Origin: a virus
Length of the DNA stretch: 64,000 nucleotides
Direction: 5' to 3' (one strand)
IMG/VR virus record: IMGVR_UViG_3300023478_000001
Coordinates: 7,323 to 71,322 of that record
Position 1 is the stretch's first letter. Each line of letters begins with the position of its first letter. The position numbers were made by a program, and so were the translations under genes. Shown here piece after piece: positions 60,601-64,000 of the stretch. Below the pieces are notes generated by a model. It saw only the letters and a program-made list of their open reading frames with translations, was not told the DNA's origin and did not search any database.

Positions 60601-61209
60601 TCATTTCATTTTAGGTCTAAATGAACGTTTTTTATCAAATCCATGTGATACTATCTTACCAACGTTAGTTTGATTATCTGGTAATGGTGGGTTATCAATT
60701 AAAAATCCTAAAAATGTTTCAATATTAATATACATTTTTTTTGCACTCATTATTTTATTAAAATCAAAGGTTTTTAATAGTGGAATTACATATTCATCAG
60801 CAGTTCCCCAACCGAAATCTTTTATTAGTATTGGTTCTCTATATTTTAGGTTTACATCAGTCGATACCCCATTTTTGGTATCGTAAAATGTTTGATATGA
60901 ATTATCCGTAAGTGGATAAAATCTATATGGTATTTGCAAATTAGTATTATGTTTAGTTCTTAATAGTGTATCCAACTGTTTTAATTCTTCCGCAGTATGA
61001 TAAAATTCACCTCTAAAATCAAATATCGTATATAGTACACCACATATATGGAATGTAAGTTCAGTTGGAGCTCCAGCTGATTCATTAAAGAATGGATATT
61101 GTTTAACATATGCAACAGTATTTCGTCTATCATATGTTTTAGTAGTATCTATACCAAATACTCCTTGATAATAATCATAATAATCTTTTTGCTTACGTAT
61201 AATTCTCAT
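60601..61209 (-). CDS. Conserved hypothetical phage protein
   Basis: KDYYDY...KIVSHGFDKKRSFR. Confidence 0.65.
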   Translation of the reverse strand: MRIIRKQKDYYDYYQGVFGIDTTKTYDRRNTVAYVKQYPFFNESAGAPTELTFHICGVLYTIFDFRGEFYHTAEELKQLDTLLRTKHNTNLQIPYRFYPLTDNSYQTFYDTKNGVSTDVNLKYREPILIKDFGWGTADEYVIPLLKTFDFNKIMSAKKMYINIETFLGFLIDNPPLPDNQTNVGKIVSHGFDKKRSFRPKMK

Positions 61210-61212
61210 AAT

Positions 61213-61684
61213 TTATATTTTATTGATTTTAGTATAACAACATTTTTTATATTTCTTTCCACTTCCACACAAACAGTTATCGTTTCTGCCTAATTTATGA
61301 AATTTAACTTTAAGTTCTAAATCTTGTTTACGTTTAATTAATTGAGTTTCTAGTAATTTTTTTATTTTTAATCTATGCAATTCATCAAGTTTTTTTTGTC
61401 CTGCATCACTTTCTTGAATTTTAAATTTATAATTTGAAGTTGTAAATGAACTTAATAAACTCATTCCACTTGTTAAAATACTTGAATATATTTGTAAATG
61501 TTCTTTTTTTACTTGTTCTTTGTTTTTCAAGTTTTTCGATTGGAATAGTAGATAATAATACGGATTCATATTTAGTATCGCATTCATTACAATAATAATC
61601 TGATTTAAATATATCATGTTTATCATGAAGTGTAAAATCATTACAATGTTTGCACCAAATTCGTTTTACTATTTTAGTTGGCAT
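61213..61684 (-). CDS. Zn-ribbon plus SEC-C motif protein (frameshifted)
   Basis: WCKHC...CNEC in ORF 61427-61684; GRNDNCLCGSGKKYKKCC in ORF 61213-61641. Confidence 0.7.
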
Positions 61685-62045
61685 TACTTTTAAATTTTAA
61701 ATAATTATTTAATAATCCATTAATATTCGATTTCGCAACAGTATTTGCTGATTGGACTTCCCAGTTTGGTAACGGTTTATTGTTATCCATGCAATATTCA
61801 ACTACATACTTCGCTGCGTCATATCCTTCCATTTTTTCACCCAAATCATTATCAAACGCAATTGTATCTGGTAATCCATTTTTTATAATCCAATCACAAA
61901 ACTCATGATAAGTTTTTACCCATACTACATTGTTTCTATCAGCATTCCATTCAGGTACATACATTAATAGCCAATCACATAAAAACGGATTTCTAATATC
62001 ATCAAGCCAAAGAAGAATTTTTCTATTATTTGTTTGTTGTTTCAT
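61674..62045 (-). CDS. Cyclic-phosphate-processing receiver-like domain protein
   Basis: LWLDDIRNP...IAFDNDLG...GYD...VQSAN. Confidence 0.75.
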   Translation of the reverse strand: MKQQTNNRKILLWLDDIRNPFLCDWLLMYVPEWNADRNNVVWVKTYHEFCDWIIKNGLPDTIAFDNDLGEKMEGYDAAKYVVEYCMDNNKPLPNWEVQSANTVAKSNINGLLNNYLKFKSNAN

Positions 62046-62076
62046 TTTCTTATTATTAATAAATATGAAAATAAAA

Positions 62077-62259
62077 TTAGGATATCTCAATTTTATTTTT
62101 ATATTCTAAAAGTTCCACTAAAACTTCAAGTTTACCTATTAATTTAGCTTTTTCTGCTATGCTGTCTAATGATACATGTGAGGATATCTTACCAATTAAA
62201 TCATAGTGTTTATTATTTTCTATAATTTTTTTTTCTAAGTATTCGGATGTTATAATCAT
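62077..62259 (-). CDS. Hypothetical protein
   Basis: 60-aa ORF. Confidence 0.5.
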   Translation of the reverse strand: MIITSEYLEKKIIENNKHYDLIGKISSHVSLDSIAEKAKLIGKLEVLVELLEYKNKIEIS

Positions 62260-62424
62260 TTGTTTGAATTTAAAAATTTATATATTTCTCTAATACCACT
62301 GTCCATTATTTTAATATAATATGGTTTCCAACTTGTATCAAGCCACCCTTTTTTATAAAGTGTTTTACATTTTTTTCTGACTGCAGCTTGTAAATCACCC
62401 ATCAAATAGCTATCTATCATAATT

Positions 62425-62661
62425 TTATATTTTAGTTCCGTATTTATCTATTAATTGTTTTGCAATATCTACATCAAATTTCGTTCCCCAAGATAAAATA
62501 TGTAAAATAGATTCATATTCATCTCTATTATCATATGTTCCAATATATGCTTTAGACTCGTTCGAAATAGTATCAATAGCTAATACAACACCAATTCCAT
62601 CTCGACCAGTAATCCAACAATAGCCAGTTACTTCTACATTGTTATTTATAATTTTTTTCAT
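62425..62661 (-). CDS. Hypothetical protein
   Basis: 78-aa ORF, IGVV...KAYIG...WGTKF. Confidence 0.6.
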   Translation of the reverse strand: MKKIINNNVEVTGYCWITGRDGIGVVLAIDTISNESKAYIGTYDNRDEYESILHILSWGTKFDVDIAKQLIDKYGTKI

Positions 62662-63020
62662 TTTTTAATATAATTATAGGGTTTATCCCATTTTCCGATA
62701 GTGATACTAGTATAAAAGTTTGGTATGTTTCCATAATCGCCATCAACCGATTCAATAGCGTTATCTTCATCAATTATTTCATAAACTTTAGATAAAAAAT
62801 CAGATTTTTCTGAAAACTCTTTATAATGACTTTTAATATGAAAACAATTTATTTGTTCATATTTTTCATCTATATCTTTTACTAAATCAATAGGGCCGGA
62901 CAGTATTGATACATTAATACCTGAATAGTTATCTGTTCTTACTGAAAACTTAAAATCAGGAAATGCTGATTTTAATAAGTTTCGTTTAATCTTTACACTT
63001 TCTTTTGATATATAAGGCAT
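62658..63020 (-). CDS. LPD29-like early protein
   Basis: LKSAFPDFKFSVR..YSGINVSI...DY...FY..ITIGKWDKPY. Confidence 0.65.
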   Translation of the reverse strand: MPYISKESVKIKRNLLKSAFPDFKFSVRTDNYSGINVSILSGPIDLVKDIDEKYEQINCFHIKSHYKEFSEKSDFLSKVYEIIDEDNAIESVDGDYGNIPNFYTSITIGKWDKPYNYIKK

Positions 63021-63111
63021 AATTTATAATTGTTATTGTTTATTTATTTTTACATAGTAAATATACAAAAAATAAATCAGACTTCCTAATATTTTTGAAA
63101 TTATTTTGCAT

Positions 63112-63139
63112 AAAAAAAGGGAATATTAGTATTCCCTTT
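63112..63139 (-). terminator. Intrinsic terminator
   Basis: aaagggaata-ttag-tattcccttt with a U-tract on the minus strand. Confidence 0.75.
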
Positions 63140-63162
63140 ACTCTGAATGTCAACTGAGTTAA

Positions 63163-63339
63163 TTATTTATCAATTAATTCTTTAATTTTACCGTAATTGA
63201 AATGTATAAACAATCCAAAACAAGCTCCAGCTACAAATGACCATCCTAAAATAAGTGAAACTACAAATCCTGCACCCCAACCTAAATTAGTAATGCCAGT
63301 TGTTTTAATCCATTCTTTAATTTTTTCAATAAATTTCAT
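63163..63339 (-). CDS. Small membrane protein (holin-like?)
   Basis: MKFIEKIKEW followed by two hydrophobic helices; late motif at 63361. Confidence 0.55.
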   Translation of the reverse strand: MKFIEKIKEWIKTTGITNLGWGAGFVVSLILGWSFVAGACFGLFIHFNYGKIKELIDK

Positions 63340-63376
63340 AATATATAGTTTTAGTTCTACTATAAATATAAAATTT

Positions 63377-63802
63377 TTATTTTTTATGACCGGAACAAAC
63401 TGGTCCAACTCCTTTTTTTATACTGTTGGCATCTGTTAATGTTTTACCACAAACTAAACAATGACCTTCGTGCATTATTTCTACATTTTTATCTAGCCAT
63501 TCAAATTTACCCTTTTCAACCCAATTCAAAATAAATGCGATTGCGGTTGCAGCGGGGTTTTTATTTATTAAACCTTTTTTAAAAAGTTTTCCGTTAAAGT
63601 ATGAACCTAAATAATTAAAATTTAAATATTGATTTTCGCAACGCACATGGGTGTACCATTTGTTTTTCCAAAATTTTCTACTTATTTTATACGTATAATC
63701 TTTATTAGTTTTTAAAGATTTAATGGTAAAAATTGCACCGTTATTATTCTTTTCTCGTGTTAACACGTTAGATAACGATTTTGATGAAATTACTACTGTC
63801 AT
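63377..63802 (-). CDS. DUF6011-like Zn-finger protein
   Basis: HEGHCLVCGKTLTDANSIKKGVGPVC. Confidence 0.75.
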   Translation of the reverse strand: MTVVISSKSLSNVLTREKNNNGAIFTIKSLKTNKDYTYKISRKFWKNKWYTHVRCENQYLNFNYLGSYFNGKLFKKGLINKNPAATAIAFILNWVEKGKFEWLDKNVEIMHEGHCLVCGKTLTDANSIKKGVGPVCSGHKK

Positions 63803-64000
63803 ATCTTTTTAAATTTTAAAGGTTTAATTATTTCTTAATTACATAATAAATGTACAAAAAATAAATCAGACTTCCTAATATTTTTGAAATTATTTTGCAT
63901 TAAAAACGTTAAAAATATTTTATGTTTTTATTTTTACACCGTTACTACTTATAATTATGGTAAAATTACCCAAACGTTAAAAATAAAGTCTACTATATTT

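Larger units (their letters stand above)
63051..63900. repeat. 61-bp duplicated early-promoter cassette (63051-63111 and 63840-63900)
   Basis: tacata(g/a)taaat(a/g)tacaaaaaataaatcagacttcctaatatttttgaaattattttgcat. Confidence 0.9.

Noticed and set aside
542-63439. Plus-strand ORFs in the track (e.g. 542-799, 22559-22939, 39634-39972, 44916-45266, 51013-51405)
   Set aside because: Antisense shadows of well-supported minus-strand genes, with no recognisable motifs

Overview
AT-rich 64 kb segment of a large T4-related myovirus genome, with almost all genes on the minus strand. Bacteroidota-type promoter motifs and Flavobacteria-style tail fibres suggest a Bacteroidota host (inference). Layout: 1-33 kb is replication, recombination and DNA modification (clamp loader, clamp, PolB, NrdJ, gp41 helicase, 5'-3' exonuclease, UvsX, SSB, PolA-like protein, four amino-MTases, Mom, a TS-like/AsnB-like/PLP cluster, radical SAM); 34-59 kb is baseplate, tape measure, tube, sheath, fibres and neck, interrupted by an RHH-TnpB element; 59-64 kb is small early genes. 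Highlights: (1) PolB is interrupted twice, by a degenerate non-splicing intein-like split and by a 42-nt GC-rich hairpin insert with an in-frame stop inside the catalytic YxD|TDS motif, flanked by matching Ile-Asp codons (candidate ribosomal bypass element or micro-intron); (2) five split inteins plus the start of a sixth intein, giving three-piece NrdJ and helicase and a 13-aa IntN in UvsX; (3) a candidate new base-hypermodification pathway; (4) a shared C-terminal 'KFF' clamp-binding-like motif on the polymerase and modification enzymes; (5) a TnpB element with a ~94-bp miniature derivative. Caveat: many apparent indels and short deletions occur, so some breaks and fusions may be assembly errors. 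All family calls come from motif recognition, not database searches.
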